The position numbers and the translations under genes are program-made. This document shows positions 19,249 through 28,882 of a stretch of DNA of 37,702 bases, piece after piece (position 1 is the stretch's first letter; each line of letters begins with the position of its first letter). The notes below the pieces were generated by a model. That model was not told the origin of the DNA, did no database searches, and was given only the letters and a program-made list of their open reading frames with translations. The DNA is from a virus (taxonomy: Duplodnaviria > Heunggongvirae > Uroviricota > Caudoviricetes): the IMG/VR virus record IMGVR_UViG_2657245588_000004; one strand, 5' to 3'.

Positions 19249-19687
19249 ATTGCAGAAGGTGGACGACTGGCTGAGTGCCTTGCTGGCGAATCTGGAGCCA
19301 GCCGCAAGAAGCCGTATGATGCGCCAACTGGCGCAGGAACTTCGCCGGACACAGCAGCAGAATATCAGGATGCAGCGCAACCCTGACGGCAGCAGCTATG
19401 AACCGCGACGGGTAACAGCACGCAGTAAAAAAGGCCGCATTAAACGTCAGATGTTTGCGAAGCTGCGCACCACAAAATACCTGAAAACTGCCGCCAGCGC
19501 CGATTCTGCCAGCGTGCAGTTTGAAGGCAAGGTGCAGCGCATTGCCCGCGTTCATCACTACGGCCTGCGTGATCGCGTCAGTCGCAAAGGACCTGAGGTC
19601 CGTTACGCAGAGCGTAAGCTATTGGGTATCCACGATAAAGAATATTATCAAATCAAGGATACCCTATTTGAATGGTTATCTACATAA
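19241..19687 (+). CDS. S: Tail completion protein (gpS-like)
   Basis: 148 aa; synteny; GTG start overlapping R stop. Confidence 0.75.
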   Translation: MAELQKVDDWLSALLANLEPAARSRMMRQLAQELRRTQQQNIRMQRNPDGSSYEPRRVTARSKKGRIKRQMFAKLRTTKYLKTAASADSASVQFEGKVQRIARVHHYGLRDRVSRKGPEVRYAERKLLGIHDKEYYQIKDTLFEWLST

Positions 19688-19690
19688 TAT

Positions 19691-19710
19691 AAAAATACAT
19701 CTGTATTTTT
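19691..19710. terminator. AT-rich perfect hairpin AAAAATACA-tc-TGTATTTTT between convergent S and accessory operon (bidirectional terminator candidate)
   Basis: Inverted repeat read directly; A-run one side, T-run the other. Confidence 0.4.
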
Positions 19711-19712
19711 TC

Positions 19713-20564
19713 TTATTTCATTTCGTGTGGCATATTTATGGCTTTAATTTTTTCGTGGTAATGATTAAACTCAATATGAGTATTGGTAAAATTGGATTCA
19801 AATGTATTCATTAAATTGGAATATAATGATTCATATGATAAGGATACTTTTTTTCCATTTTTTTCTGCAGTTGTGCTAATGTACCTATGTACTGCAGAAA
19901 AAAGAAAATGACCTCTAAGCCACTTTCTGTATTCTATCGATTTTGATTTGAAAGATGAATCGATGTTATCTGGTTCCACACCTAATTTTTCAATGATGGT
20001 GTTTTTGTAACTCGTGATTTTTTGCTCGCAAATTTCATTTGATTTTCTAGATTTCATGAAACGATCTGCACTGTCACCAATAACTGAAATGCCTTTTCTA
20101 TAAATATGATTGTATATATCAAGTTTTATTAGGGGTTCCATTTTGGTATAAAAGTCTTCTGTCCAAGAATCGACGTTGACATCGTTCATTATCTTTTGAG
20201 GTAATTTTCCTAGAGTTTTTATTGCCTTATATATGCCTGTTTTGTCAATAAACGTGTTTTCGATGGAGTGCCCATAAGTTTTTACAATGCGACTATCAGC
20301 GTTTTCCTCATTTTCAAATGTAGTGAAGTCTGCATCACATGCAATTATAATTTGAAGATCTTCATCAGTAACTCTATCAATATATTTTTTTAATTCTTCA
20401 CAGCCGCCAACATCTTTGATTTCAACCTTTAATGAACTAGCTTTATTAAAGATGATTTCCCAAAAGCAAATATCATCTGGGCCTTCAACATAAACCATGG
20501 CTTCAGCTTGGTAAAATAAATTCATTACATTTTCTGCTTCGGCAGAATAATGGAAATCATCCAT
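19713..20564 (-). CDS. Toprim-like (DUF4435/RloB-like) partner of the ATPase; AriB/AbiLii-like
   Basis: About 283 aa from ATG 20564 (alternatives 20594, 20648); N-terminal VYVEGPDDICFWEII then IIACDADF (E..DxD Toprim-like); 8-nt overlap with upstream ATPase stop; AT-rich. Confidence 0.65.
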   Translation of the reverse strand: MDDFHYSAEAENVMNLFYQAEAMVYVEGPDDICFWEIIFNKASSLKVEIKDVGGCEELKKYIDRVTDEDLQIIIACDADFTTFENEENADSRIVKTYGHSIENTFIDKTGIYKAIKTLGKLPQKIMNDVNVDSWTEDFYTKMEPLIKLDIYNHIYRKGISVIGDSADRFMKSRKSNEICEQKITSYKNTIIEKLGVEPDNIDSSFKSKSIEYRKWLRGHFLFSAVHRYISTTAEKNGKKVSLSYESLYSNLMNTFESNFTNTHIEFNHYHEKIKAINMPHEMK

Positions 20565-21816
20565 GAACCAATTTCTCCATATCAAAGATTGCATTTCGAT
20601 ATTTAGAAGCCACTTCTGGTGAATGCGTAGCGGCGATAATTTGCGCATTAGGATTAAGTTGTTTGATTGCAGGTATTATTTTTCGTTGCCATGCAATATG
20701 TAGCGATAATTCTGGTTCATCAGTAAGATAGATGAAAGGTTTGTTTTGCTGTAGCAAAGTTTCAATAAAAAGAATTAATAGCTGTTTTTCACCAGACGAT
20801 AAATTACTATGGCTAATCGGCCCATGCTCGTTTTCTATTACTAGCTCACCGGAGATAAAATTAAATTTTTTATCGGTTATGAACTCATGTAATGTTTCTA
20901 AAAATAGATTTATAGGAAGAAATATGTTTTTTATTTTCTCCTCGGATTTTAAAGACATCTTTATAATTCTTTGCGTCTTTCGTAATGCCTCAAATGATCT
21001 GTAATCTACATTTAAAATATTTCTGTTATTTTTTTCTGCAAGTCGTAATTCTTCAAATGTTTTGGCAATAGATTCAACGTGAAAGTTAATCTTCTTTCTG
21101 ACATCACTATCAAAAGCTCCAAGCTGAGAATATGCAGCTATTAAATTTCTACGTTCTTTTTCTTTATCAAAAGAAAAGTTAAATGTGTCATCGATACCAT
21201 CTTCTTTACTATAAAGAATAGAAGCAAGAACCTCTTTCTGTAATATTGCAGAAACATCACGAGCTCTTTGTGATAAATAAAGTTGATATTTTGTTAGGTT
21301 CTGCAATAATTGTTCTAATCGGTAATCAACAGGGTTGATTAATTTTGAGCCATATTTGTCTCTGATTTCAAAATCTTCACCGCTTCTAAGTCGGTAAACT
21401 GATAGAGAAGATAAAGCAACTAATTTATCTAACTCTAACTTAAGTTTTTCAACGTCTTCCTGATATTTTCTCCTCATATATATAGGTAGTCTACGATCTT
21501 CAAAGGATCTGATAATATATTTCTTTCTAGAAATTGTATATTCAAACGTAGGCAAAGCTTTAGTTATGTCAAATTTACTCACAACTTTTATTGTTTTAGT
21601 TTTGCTTCCTTCTTTTATTTTTATTGTTACATTATCAAAACTATTCTCATTTAGTGATTCGAGTTCTAATGCCAGAACTGAGTGAAGAATATTCATAAAG
21701 GTTGTTTTACCGGTCCCATTTCGACCAATAATAATATTTACATCTTCATTAAATGAACATGATGCATTTAGTCTTCCCCAAAAACCTTCAATCTTGACAC
21801 TAGATAATCTAAACAT
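20557..21816 (-). CDS. ABC-type ATPase (AAA_15/21-like), AriA/AbiLi/OLD-N-terminal-like
   Basis: 419 aa; Walker A GRNGTGKTT, signature-like LSSGEKQ, Walker B FIYLTDEPELSLH, H-loop ATHSPE; AAGGA RBS. Confidence 0.8.
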   Translation of the reverse strand: MFRLSSVKIEGFWGRLNASCSFNEDVNIIIGRNGTGKTTFMNILHSVLALELESLNENSFDNVTIKIKEGSKTKTIKVVSKFDITKALPTFEYTISRKKYIIRSFEDRRLPIYMRRKYQEDVEKLKLELDKLVALSSLSVYRLRSGEDFEIRDKYGSKLINPVDYRLEQLLQNLTKYQLYLSQRARDVSAILQKEVLASILYSKEDGIDDTFNFSFDKEKERRNLIAAYSQLGAFDSDVRKKINFHVESIAKTFEELRLAEKNNRNILNVDYRSFEALRKTQRIIKMSLKSEEKIKNIFLPINLFLETLHEFITDKKFNFISGELVIENEHGPISHSNLSSGEKQLLILFIETLLQQNKPFIYLTDEPELSLHIAWQRKIIPAIKQLNPNAQIIAATHSPEVASKYRNAIFDMEKLVHG

Positions 21817-21852
21817 AGGAATCCTTTATTTAGTCCATGAGTAAATGCACTT

Positions 21853-21870
21853 TGTATCATAACTGGCACA
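21853..21870. promoter_or_regulatory. TGT-N12-ACA dyad, candidate late promoter activator site upstream of V
   Basis: TGTatcataactggcACA read directly, centred about 56 bp upstream of V ATG. Confidence 0.4.
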
Positions 21871-21916
21871 AAACTAAAGAGTTTTTTTATCAATCTTATC
21901 TCGGCATGATTAAATT

Positions 21917-22495
21917 ATGAACGCACAATTAACCGAAATCATGCGCCTTATCACCAACCTGATCCGCACTGGTGTAGTCACCGAAGTGGACCGGGAACAC
22001 TGGCTTTGTCGGGTGAAAACGGGCGACCTTGAAACCAACTGGATTAACTGGCTGACGCTGCGCGCGGGTAATGCCCGCACATGGTGGCGACCATCGGAAG
22101 GTGAGCAGGTGGTGCTGCTGAGTCTGGGCGGCAATCTGGAAACCGCCTTTGCGCTGCCCGCTGTATATTCGAATCAGTTCGCACCACCGTCGGCGTCGGT
22201 GGACGCCTGTGTGACAGAACATCCTGACGGTGGCTGGTTTGAATACGAACCCGCTACCGGGCGCTGGTATGTCAGGGGAATCAAATCCATGGTCATTGAA
22301 GCTGCCGACAACATCACCCTGAAAACCAGTGAGTTTGTACTGGAGGCTGACCGCACACGCATTAACAGCGAAGTAGTGATCAATGGTGGTGTTACCCAGG
22401 GCGGCGGTGCAATGAGTTCTAACGGAATTGTGGTTGATGCACATCAGCATACTGGCGTCCTGAAAGGCGGCGACACAACCGGAGGCCCGGTATGA
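21917..22495 (+). CDS. V: Baseplate spike protein (gpV-like)
   Basis: 192 aa; synteny V-W-J-I-H. Confidence 0.8.
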   Translation: MNAQLTEIMRLITNLIRTGVVTEVDREHWLCRVKTGDLETNWINWLTLRAGNARTWWRPSEGEQVVLLSLGGNLETAFALPAVYSNQFAPPSASVDACVTEHPDGGWFEYEPATGRWYVRGIKSMVIEAADNITLKTSEFVLEADRTRINSEVVINGGVTQGGGAMSSNGIVVDAHQHTGVLKGGDTTGGPV

Positions 22496-22851
22496 CGCTT
22501 TATAGCGGGATGAACAATACCAGCGGTAAAGCCATTACTGATATTGACCATCTGCGCCAGTCGGTGCGGGACATTTTGCTGACGCCGCAGGGTAGCCGCA
22601 TTGCCCGTCGGGAATATGGTTCCCTGCTGTCGGCACTGATAGACCAGCCACAAAATCCGGCGTTACGCCTGCAGGTCATGTCGGCTGTGTATGTGGCACT
22701 GAGTCGCTGGGAGCCACGGCTGACGCTGGATTCCATCACTATTAACAGCAATTTTGACGGTTCAATGGTGGTGGAGCTGACCGGGCGGCGGAATAACGGT
22801 GTGCCTGTGTCCCTTTCCGTATCAACAGGAGCAGAGAATGGCAGTGATTGA
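22492..22851 (+). CDS. W: Baseplate wedge protein (gpW-like, gp25-like)
   Basis: 119 aa; synteny. Confidence 0.8.
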   Translation: MTLYSGMNNTSGKAITDIDHLRQSVRDILLTPQGSRIARREYGSLLSALIDQPQNPALRLQVMSAVYVALSRWEPRLTLDSITINSNFDGSMVVELTGRRNNGVPVSLSVSTGAENGSD

Positions 22852-23746
22852 CCTTTCGCAGTTGCCTGCACCGCAGATTGTGGATGTGCCGGACTTTGAG
22901 ACGCTGCTTGCCGAACGCAAGGCAGAATTTGTGGCGCTTCATCCGAAAGATGAGCAGGAAGCAGTGATCCGCACGCTGGAACTGGAATCTGAACCAGTCA
23001 CCAAATTGTTGCAGGAGAACGCTTACCGTGAGTTGCTTCTGCGCCAGCGCATTAACGAAGCCGCGCAGGCGGTGATGGTGGCTTACGCGATGGGCGGCGA
23101 TCTTGACCAGCTCGCTGCCAACTACAACGTGAAACGCCTGACGGTGACGCCTGCTGATAATGACGCTGTGCCGCCCGTTGCGGCTGTGATGGAAAGCGAT
23201 GAAGCGTTACGCCTGCGTGTGCCTGCAGCCTTTGAAGGGCTTTCGGTTGCGGGGCCAACTGCCGCTTATGAATTTCATGCCCGAAGCGCCGACGGTCGGG
23301 TGGCGGATGCCAGTGCAACCAGCCCGGCACCTGCAGAGGTGGTGCTGACTGTCCTTAGCCGCGAAGGCGACGGAACTGCAGAAAAAGACTTGCTGGATGT
23401 GGTGGAGAACGCCCTGAACAGTGAGAACGTCCGCCCGGTGGCTGACCGTCTGACGGTTCGCAGCGCAGAAATCATCCCGTACCGAGTGGAAGCCACCATT
23501 TTTCTTTATCCGGGACCGGAAGCAGAGCCGGTAATGGCAGCGGCAAAAGCCAGCCTGCAGAAGTACATCGCCAGTCAGACGCGTCTTGGTCGGGATATTC
23601 GCCGTAGCGCCATCTTTGCCGCCCTGCATGTTGAGGGTGTGCAGCGTGTGGAGCTGGCTTCCCCTCTGGCGGATGTGGTCCTGAACAAAACACAGGCGGC
23701 ATCATGTACGCAGTGGAGCGTAACCAACGGAGGAACGGATGAATAG
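22838..23746 (+). CDS. J: Baseplate assembly protein (gpJ-like)
   Basis: 302 aa from ATG 22838 with AGGAG upstream. Confidence 0.8.
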   Translation: MAVIDLSQLPAPQIVDVPDFETLLAERKAEFVALHPKDEQEAVIRTLELESEPVTKLLQENAYRELLLRQRINEAAQAVMVAYAMGGDLDQLAANYNVKRLTVTPADNDAVPPVAAVMESDEALRLRVPAAFEGLSVAGPTAAYEFHARSADGRVADASATSPAPAEVVLTVLSREGDGTAEKDLLDVVENALNSENVRPVADRLTVRSAEIIPYRVEATIFLYPGPEAEPVMAAAKASLQKYIASQTRLGRDIRRSAIFAALHVEGVQRVELASPLADVVLNKTQAASCTQWSVTNGGTDE

Positions 23747-24344
23747 TCTGCTGCCACCGGGTTCAACGCCACTGGAGCGCCGACTGGCGCAAGCGTGCAG
23801 CGGGATTTCTGATTTGCAGGTGCCGCTGCGTGACCTGTGGGATCCGGCGACCTGTCCGGTCAGTTTCCTGCCTTATCTCGCCTGGGCGTTCTCTGTGGAT
23901 CGCTGGGACGAGGGCTGGACAGAAAGCGTCAAGCGCCAGGTGGTGAAGGATGCTTTTTATATTCATCAGCATAAAGGAACCACCAGTGCCGTGCGGCGGG
24001 TGGTGGAGCCGTTCGGCTTCCTGATACGCATTATTGAGTGGTGGCAGACTGGAGAAACACCGGGCACGTTTCGCCTGGACATCGGCGTGCAAGACCAGGG
24101 CATCACTGAAGATACCTATCTGGAACTTGAGCGGCTGATAAGCGATGCCAAACCATGTAGCCGTCACATGATCGGCATGTCCATCAATCTGCAAACTAGT
24201 GGCCCGCACTGGGTAGGGGCCGCCAGCTATCTTGGTGAAGAAATCACGATCTATCCGTATATCAACGAAACAATTATTTCTGGCGGCACCGCGCATGAAG
24301 GCGGGGCGGTCCATGTTATTGACACAATGAGAGTGAATCCATGA
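23739..24344 (+). CDS. I: Baseplate/tail fibre attachment protein (gpI-like)
   Basis: 201 aa; synteny. Confidence 0.75.
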   Translation: MNSLLPPGSTPLERRLAQACSGISDLQVPLRDLWDPATCPVSFLPYLAWAFSVDRWDEGWTESVKRQVVKDAFYIHQHKGTTSAVRRVVEPFGFLIRIIEWWQTGETPGTFRLDIGVQDQGITEDTYLELERLISDAKPCSRHMIGMSINLQTSGPHWVGAASYLGEEITIYPYINETIISGGTAHEGGAVHVIDTMRVNP

Positions 24345-25825
24345 GCACAAAATTTTATACCCTGCTGACGGATATTGGCGCGGCGAAACTTGCCAGCGCC
24401 GCCGCGCTCGGTGTGCCGTTAAAAATTACCCATATGGCGGTAGGCGATGGCGGCGGAACATTACCAACGCCGGACGCAAAGCAGACTGCACTGGTAAATG
24501 AGAAACGCCGGGCTGCGCTGAATATGCTCTATATCGACCCGCAAAACAGCAGCCAGATTATTGCTGAACAGGTGATCCCTGAAAACGAGGGCGGTTGGTG
24601 GATACGTGAAGTGGGCCTGTTTGATGAATCCGGGGCATTGATTGCCGTGGGCAACTGCCCGGAAAGCTATAAGCCGCAACTGGCTGAAGGCAGCGGGCGC
24701 ACCCAGACCGTGCGCATGGTGCTGATTACCAGCAGCACGGACAATATCACCCTGAAAATCGACCCTGCCGTCGTGCTGGCAACCCGCAAGTATGTGGATG
24801 ATAAGGTACTGGAGCTGAAGGTGTACGTGGATGATCAGATGGCAAAACATCTTGCAGCACCGGACCCGCATTCACAGTATGCACCCAAAGAAAGTCCTAT
24901 GTTTACCGGGACACCCAAAGCGCCAACGCCAGCGGCGGGGAATAACACCACGCAGGTTGCGACCACCGCGTTTGTTCAGGTGGCACTGACGGCTCTTATT
25001 AATGGTGCGCCAGCCACGCTGGACACGCTGAAAGAAATTGCCGCAGCCATAAACAATGACCCGAAATTCAGTACCACCATTAACAATGCGCTGGCACTGA
25101 AAGCGCCGCTGTTAAGTCCGGCACTCACCGGAACGCCAACAGCCCCCACTGCCGCACAGTCGGTTAACAATACACAGATTGCCACCACGGCTTTTGTGAA
25201 ATCGGCAATTGCGGCAATGGTGGGGTCTGCACCTGCTGCACTGGATACACTGAACGAACTGGCTGCGGCGCTGGGGAATGACCCGAACTTTGCCACGACA
25301 ATGCTTAATGCGCTGGCAGGTAAACAACCGCTGGACAATACGCTGACTAATTTGAGTGGAAAGGATGTAGCTGGTCTTCTCGCATACCTTCAATTGGGAG
25401 AAGCGGCAAAACGGGATGTCGGAACCGGTAATAATCAACTCCCGGACATGTCCGCATTTGGTATGTCGCGAAACGGACAAACTGCCTGGGATATTCTCCC
25501 AAATGGTATGATTCGACAGGCTGGCACTGTGACACTGACACCAGTTGGTAACTTCAACGCGCAGGTGCTTGGTGGGGTGACGTACTACACCCATTACTAC
25601 AGGGTTAATTTCCCCAGACAATTCCCAAATGCACAAATAGCAACGCTGGCAACACTAGCGAGTTACAGCTATTCGACCCAGGCAACAATGGCCGGAAAAT
25701 CACTGGCAACGCATCGCGATACTGATTCTGGCACTGACGTATCAAGAACGCGATTCACTGTGGCGTATACGACACCCAATCTCGGCGAAACACCGACACT
25801 GCATTTTGAAGCAATAGGATACTAA
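24341..25825 (+). CDS. H: Tail fibre protein (gpH-like)
   Basis: 494 aa; Ala/Thr-rich repeats (TTAFV..AP..LDTL twice); C-terminus ...EAIGY shared in pattern with inverted alternative. Confidence 0.8.
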   Translation: MSTKFYTLLTDIGAAKLASAAALGVPLKITHMAVGDGGGTLPTPDAKQTALVNEKRRAALNMLYIDPQNSSQIIAEQVIPENEGGWWIREVGLFDESGALIAVGNCPESYKPQLAEGSGRTQTVRMVLITSSTDNITLKIDPAVVLATRKYVDDKVLELKVYVDDQMAKHLAAPDPHSQYAPKESPMFTGTPKAPTPAAGNNTTQVATTAFVQVALTALINGAPATLDTLKEIAAAINNDPKFSTTINNALALKAPLLSPALTGTPTAPTAAQSVNNTQIATTAFVKSAIAAMVGSAPAALDTLNELAAALGNDPNFATTMLNALAGKQPLDNTLTNLSGKDVAGLLAYLQLGEAAKRDVGTGNNQLPDMSAFGMSRNGQTAWDILPNGMIRQAGTVTLTPVGNFNAQVLGGVTYYTHYYRVNFPRQFPNAQIATLATLASYSYSTQATMAGKSLATHRDTDSGTDVSRTRFTVAYTTPNLGETPTLHFEAIGY

Positions 25826-25827
25826 AT

Positions 25828-26061
25828 ATGGAGAATATCTATTTCAGCCCAACGACCGTTGGTTTTTATGTTTCTGAACAAGAGCGACCTGATGATGCGG
25901 TTGAAGTCTCGCCAGAGGTGGAGGCATTTTTGAGGGAGTGTGTTATCTGGGGAGCGGATACATTTAACGTAGAGCGAGATGCAGCAACGGTGACATATCC
26001 AACAGAACTGCTTGAATATGTCACCACCTACAACGCCCCCGTTAAATATCCTGCGGATTGA
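25828..26061 (+). CDS. Tail fibre assembly protein, N-terminal domain only (possibly truncated)
   Basis: 77 aa; MENIYFSPTTVGFYVSEQ N-terminal pattern but lacks the conserved C-terminal W/P-rich end seen in the convergent copy. Confidence 0.45.
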   Translation: MENIYFSPTTVGFYVSEQERPDDAVEVSPEVEAFLRECVIWGADTFNVERDAATVTYPTELLEYVTTYNAPVKYPAD

Positions 26062-26452
26062 CAGGCCATACGGGTTTTGCTGTATCAACGCGCATCAGCA
26101 AGACCCGGTATTTTTTCCATTCAGATAACGCGGCGGTTTCTTCTGCCGTCGCGATTTCCGCATCAAAAGCATCCTGTCTCCAGGCTATTTCCTTATCAGC
26201 CATAGAACGCAATACCGTTCTTTTCTGTTCAGCCTGAATAATCTGTTGTTCAGCGGAGAGTGGCGGGATATCAATCCACGCAGGATTACCATTTTTATCA
26301 GCCCCCAGCGTTTTGCCTTGTGGCGCTACGCCTGTGTAAATTGCCATTGTTTCATCATCAACATCAACGCCATTTTCAGGCCATGAACCGGCGCTGATAT
26401 ATACCTCTTTTAGTGCTTTCGGATAGAAAGAGCCTTTATAAAATTTATTCAT
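26042..26452 (-). CDS. Tail fibre assembly protein (alternative, inverted orientation)
   Basis: ATG 26452 (track start 26482 is TTG); MNKFYKGSFYP N-terminus; C-terminus EWKKYRVLLMRVDTAKPVWPVNP resembles the P2 G / Mu U family end (recalled). Confidence 0.65.
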   Translation of the reverse strand: MNKFYKGSFYPKALKEVYISAGSWPENGVDVDDETMAIYTGVAPQGKTLGADKNGNPAWIDIPPLSAEQQIIQAEQKRTVLRSMADKEIAWRQDAFDAEIATAEETAALSEWKKYRVLLMRVDTAKPVWPVNPQDI

Positions 26453-26454
26453 TC

Positions 26455-26964
26455 TTAATACCCCAGCGCGATAAAACAACAATCTTCGGTGCCCTCTCCG
26501 GATGGCGACCAGTTCTGAATACTGATATGCGTTCTGCTGGCAATACGCACATTCATCGCGGCATTGTAGCCAGATGTTCCACGGTTTCCGGTCGCAAATA
26601 AGCCTGCATAGGGAAAAGCAAATGGTAAGGCATATCCAGCATCAGCTCCCTTTTGTGTTGCCACCGTTCCCCACTGCAACATAAGTTTCACCGGGTTTCC
26701 TGTCGTCGCAATGCATGGAATGTAGATGTAGCCATTCCCTGACATCATTGACCTGAAGCTGTCTAAATCCAGTAACTTCGAGGCATTATCTGCTCCAACA
26801 TCTCGTGTTGCGGCGGTCCCTAACTGGAGCGCATTTTGGAAGGCTGATACATCAGAAATATCAGCTCCATTAGCCGATTTCTGCATAGCTCCGGAGGCTT
26901 TATTTATCGTTTCGCCCAAACCAACGTTTATGAAAATGCAGAGATAACGGCTAACTGGCATCAT
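26455..26964 (-). CDS. Alternative tail fibre C-terminal segment in inverted orientation
   Basis: 169 aa; shares LQLG..A..RDVG and terminal ..A(I/L)GY with H; stop directly precedes assembly-protein ATG as H does with its partner. Confidence 0.6.
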   Translation of the reverse strand: MMPVSRYLCIFINVGLGETINKASGAMQKSANGADISDVSAFQNALQLGTAATRDVGADNASKLLDLDSFRSMMSGNGYIYIPCIATTGNPVKLMLQWGTVATQKGADAGYALPFAFPYAGLFATGNRGTSGYNAAMNVRIASRTHISIQNWSPSGEGTEDCCFIALGY

Positions 26965-26991
26965 CTCCGGTTTTTATTCAGGGGGATGATC

Positions 26992-27558
26992 ATGCTTATT
27001 GGCTATGTACGCGTGTCAACAAATGACCAGAACACCGATTTGCAACGCAATGCACTGAACTGTGCGGGATGTGAGCGGATTTTTGAGGATAAAATCAGTG
27101 GCACCAAGTCCGACAGACCGGGGCTGAAAAAGCTGCTCAGGACACTATCGGCAGGAGACACTCTGGTTGTCTGGAAGCTGGACAGGTTGGGGCGCAGTAT
27201 GCGGCATCTTGTTACGCTGATAGAAGAGTTGCGTCAGCGTGGCGTGAATTTCCGAAGCCTGACTGACAGTATTGATACCAGCACCCCAATGGGCCGTTTC
27301 TTTTTTCATGTCATGGGGGCCCTGGCTGAAATGGAACGCGAACTGATAGTTGAACATACCATGGCAGGGCTGGCTGCAGCTCGTGCCAAAGGCAGAGTAG
27401 GTGGACGCCGTCCTAAGTTGACCACCGAACAGTGGGCACAGATTGGGCGTTTACTCGAGGCCGGAGAATCAAGACAGCGTATTGCACTGATTTTTGATGT
27501 AGGCGTTTCTACCATTTATAGAAAATTTCCGGCAAATAAGAGCAATGAATCCCCCTGA
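26992..27558 (+). CDS. pin: Serine DNA invertase (Pin/Gin/Hin/Cin family)
   Basis: MLIGYVRVSTNDQNTDLQRNAL N-terminus with catalytic Ser, near-identical in pattern to e14 Pin as recalled; C-terminal HTH. Confidence 0.9.
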   Translation: MLIGYVRVSTNDQNTDLQRNALNCAGCERIFEDKISGTKSDRPGLKKLLRTLSAGDTLVVWKLDRLGRSMRHLVTLIEELRQRGVNFRSLTDSIDTSTPMGRFFFHVMGALAEMERELIVEHTMAGLAAARAKGRVGGRRPKLTTEQWAQIGRLLEAGESRQRIALIFDVGVSTIYRKFPANKSNESP

Positions 27559-27606
27559 ATCAGCATTATTTTGATTATCCCTGCAAGTAGACAAATACCG
27601 TCATTT

Positions 27607-27624
27607 TGTGTGAATAACGACACA
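27607..27624. promoter_or_regulatory. TGT-N12-ACA dyad, candidate late promoter activator site upstream of FI
   Basis: TGTgtgaataacgacACA read directly, about 85 bp upstream of FI ATG. Confidence 0.4.
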
Positions 27625-27700
27625 ACTGCGCTTAGCTGTTTGTCAGGCACAATCACTTCAACATAGGGCGAAGCCTAATCCAATCAGGAGGTTCGCCACT

Positions 27701-28873
27701 ATGGCTCAGGATTACCACCACGGGGTGCGCGTTGTTGAAGTCAACGAAGGCACCCGATCTATTACCACGGTGAGCACCGCCATCGTGGGTATGGTCTGCA
27801 CGGGCGATGATGCCGATGCAAAAATGTTTCCTCTTAATAAACCCGTACTGATCACTGATGTGCTGACTGCCAGCGGTAAAGCGGGTGAGTCAGGTACTCT
27901 GGCCCGTTCGCTGGATGCCATCGCTGACCAGGCAAAACCCGTGACCATTGTTGTGCGTGTGCCGCAGGGTGAAACGGAAGACGAAACCACGACCAATATC
28001 ATCGGCGCAGTGACTGCTGAAGGTAAAAAAACAGGTATGAAAGCCCTGTTATCTGCCCAGTCACAGCTCGGCGTTAAACCGCGCATTCTCGGCGTGCCAG
28101 GCCACGACACCAAGGCGGTAGCTACTGAGTTGCTGAGCGTGGCGCAAAGCCTGCGTGGATTTGCTTACCTGTCAGCGTATGGCTGCAAGACAGTGCAGGA
28201 GGCGATCACTTACCGCGAAAACTTCAGCCAGCGCGAAGGGATGCTGATCTGGCCTGACTTTACTGGCTGGGACACGGTGCTGAATGCCGAAGCAACGGCA
28301 TATGCCACCGCCCGTGCGCTTGGTCTGCGCGCCAAAATTGACGAGCAGACCGGATGGCACAAAAGCCTGTCCAACGTGGGCGTGAACGGTATCACCGGAA
28401 TTTCTGCAGATGTGTTCTGGGATCTGCAGGACCCGGCAACCGATGCAGGTCTGCTGAACCAGAACGACGTCACCACGCTTGTGCGTAAAGACGGTTTCCG
28501 CTTCTGGGGTTCCCGCTGCCTGAGTGATGACCCGCTCTTTGCCTTCGAAAACTACACCCGCACGGCGCAGGTGCTGATGGACACGATGGCAGAAGCACAC
28601 ATGTGGGCGGTGGATAAACCGCTTAACCCGTCGCTGGCCCGCGACATTATCGAAGGTATCCGCGCCAAAATGCGCAGCCTGGTCAGTCAGGGCTATCTCA
28701 TTGGTGGTGATTGCTGGCTGGATGAGTCGGTGAACGACAAAGACACGCTGAAAGCCGGAAAACTCACCATCGACTACGACTACACGCCAGTGCCGCCACT
28801 TGAAAACCTGATGCTGCGTCAGCGCATCACCGATCAGTACCTGGTGAATTTCGCCAGCCAGGTCAGCGCGTAA
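27701..28873 (+). CDS. FI: Tail sheath protein (gpFI-like)
   Basis: 390 aa; synteny FI-FII-E-T-U-D. Confidence 0.85.
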   Translation: MAQDYHHGVRVVEVNEGTRSITTVSTAIVGMVCTGDDADAKMFPLNKPVLITDVLTASGKAGESGTLARSLDAIADQAKPVTIVVRVPQGETEDETTTNIIGAVTAEGKKTGMKALLSAQSQLGVKPRILGVPGHDTKAVATELLSVAQSLRGFAYLSAYGCKTVQEAITYRENFSQREGMLIWPDFTGWDTVLNAEATAYATARALGLRAKIDEQTGWHKSLSNVGVNGITGISADVFWDLQDPATDAGLLNQNDVTTLVRKDGFRFWGSRCLSDDPLFAFENYTRTAQVLMDTMAEAHMWAVDKPLNPSLARDIIEGIRAKMRSLVSQGYLIGGDCWLDESVNDKDTLKAGKLTIDYDYTPVPPLENLMLRQRITDQYLVNFASQVSA

Positions 28874-28882
28874 GGGGACAAC

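Noticed and set aside
19713-21816. Reading the ATPase pair as Gabija or Septu
   Set aside because: Gabija needs a fused ATPase-Toprim protein plus a UvrD-like helicase, and Septu pairs the ATPase with an HNH nuclease; the partner here is a stand-alone Toprim-like protein with no obvious HNH Cys/His motif and no helicase.
21929-22450. 173-aa minus-strand ORF within V
   Set aside because: Antisense to the baseplate spike gene; would disrupt conserved synteny.
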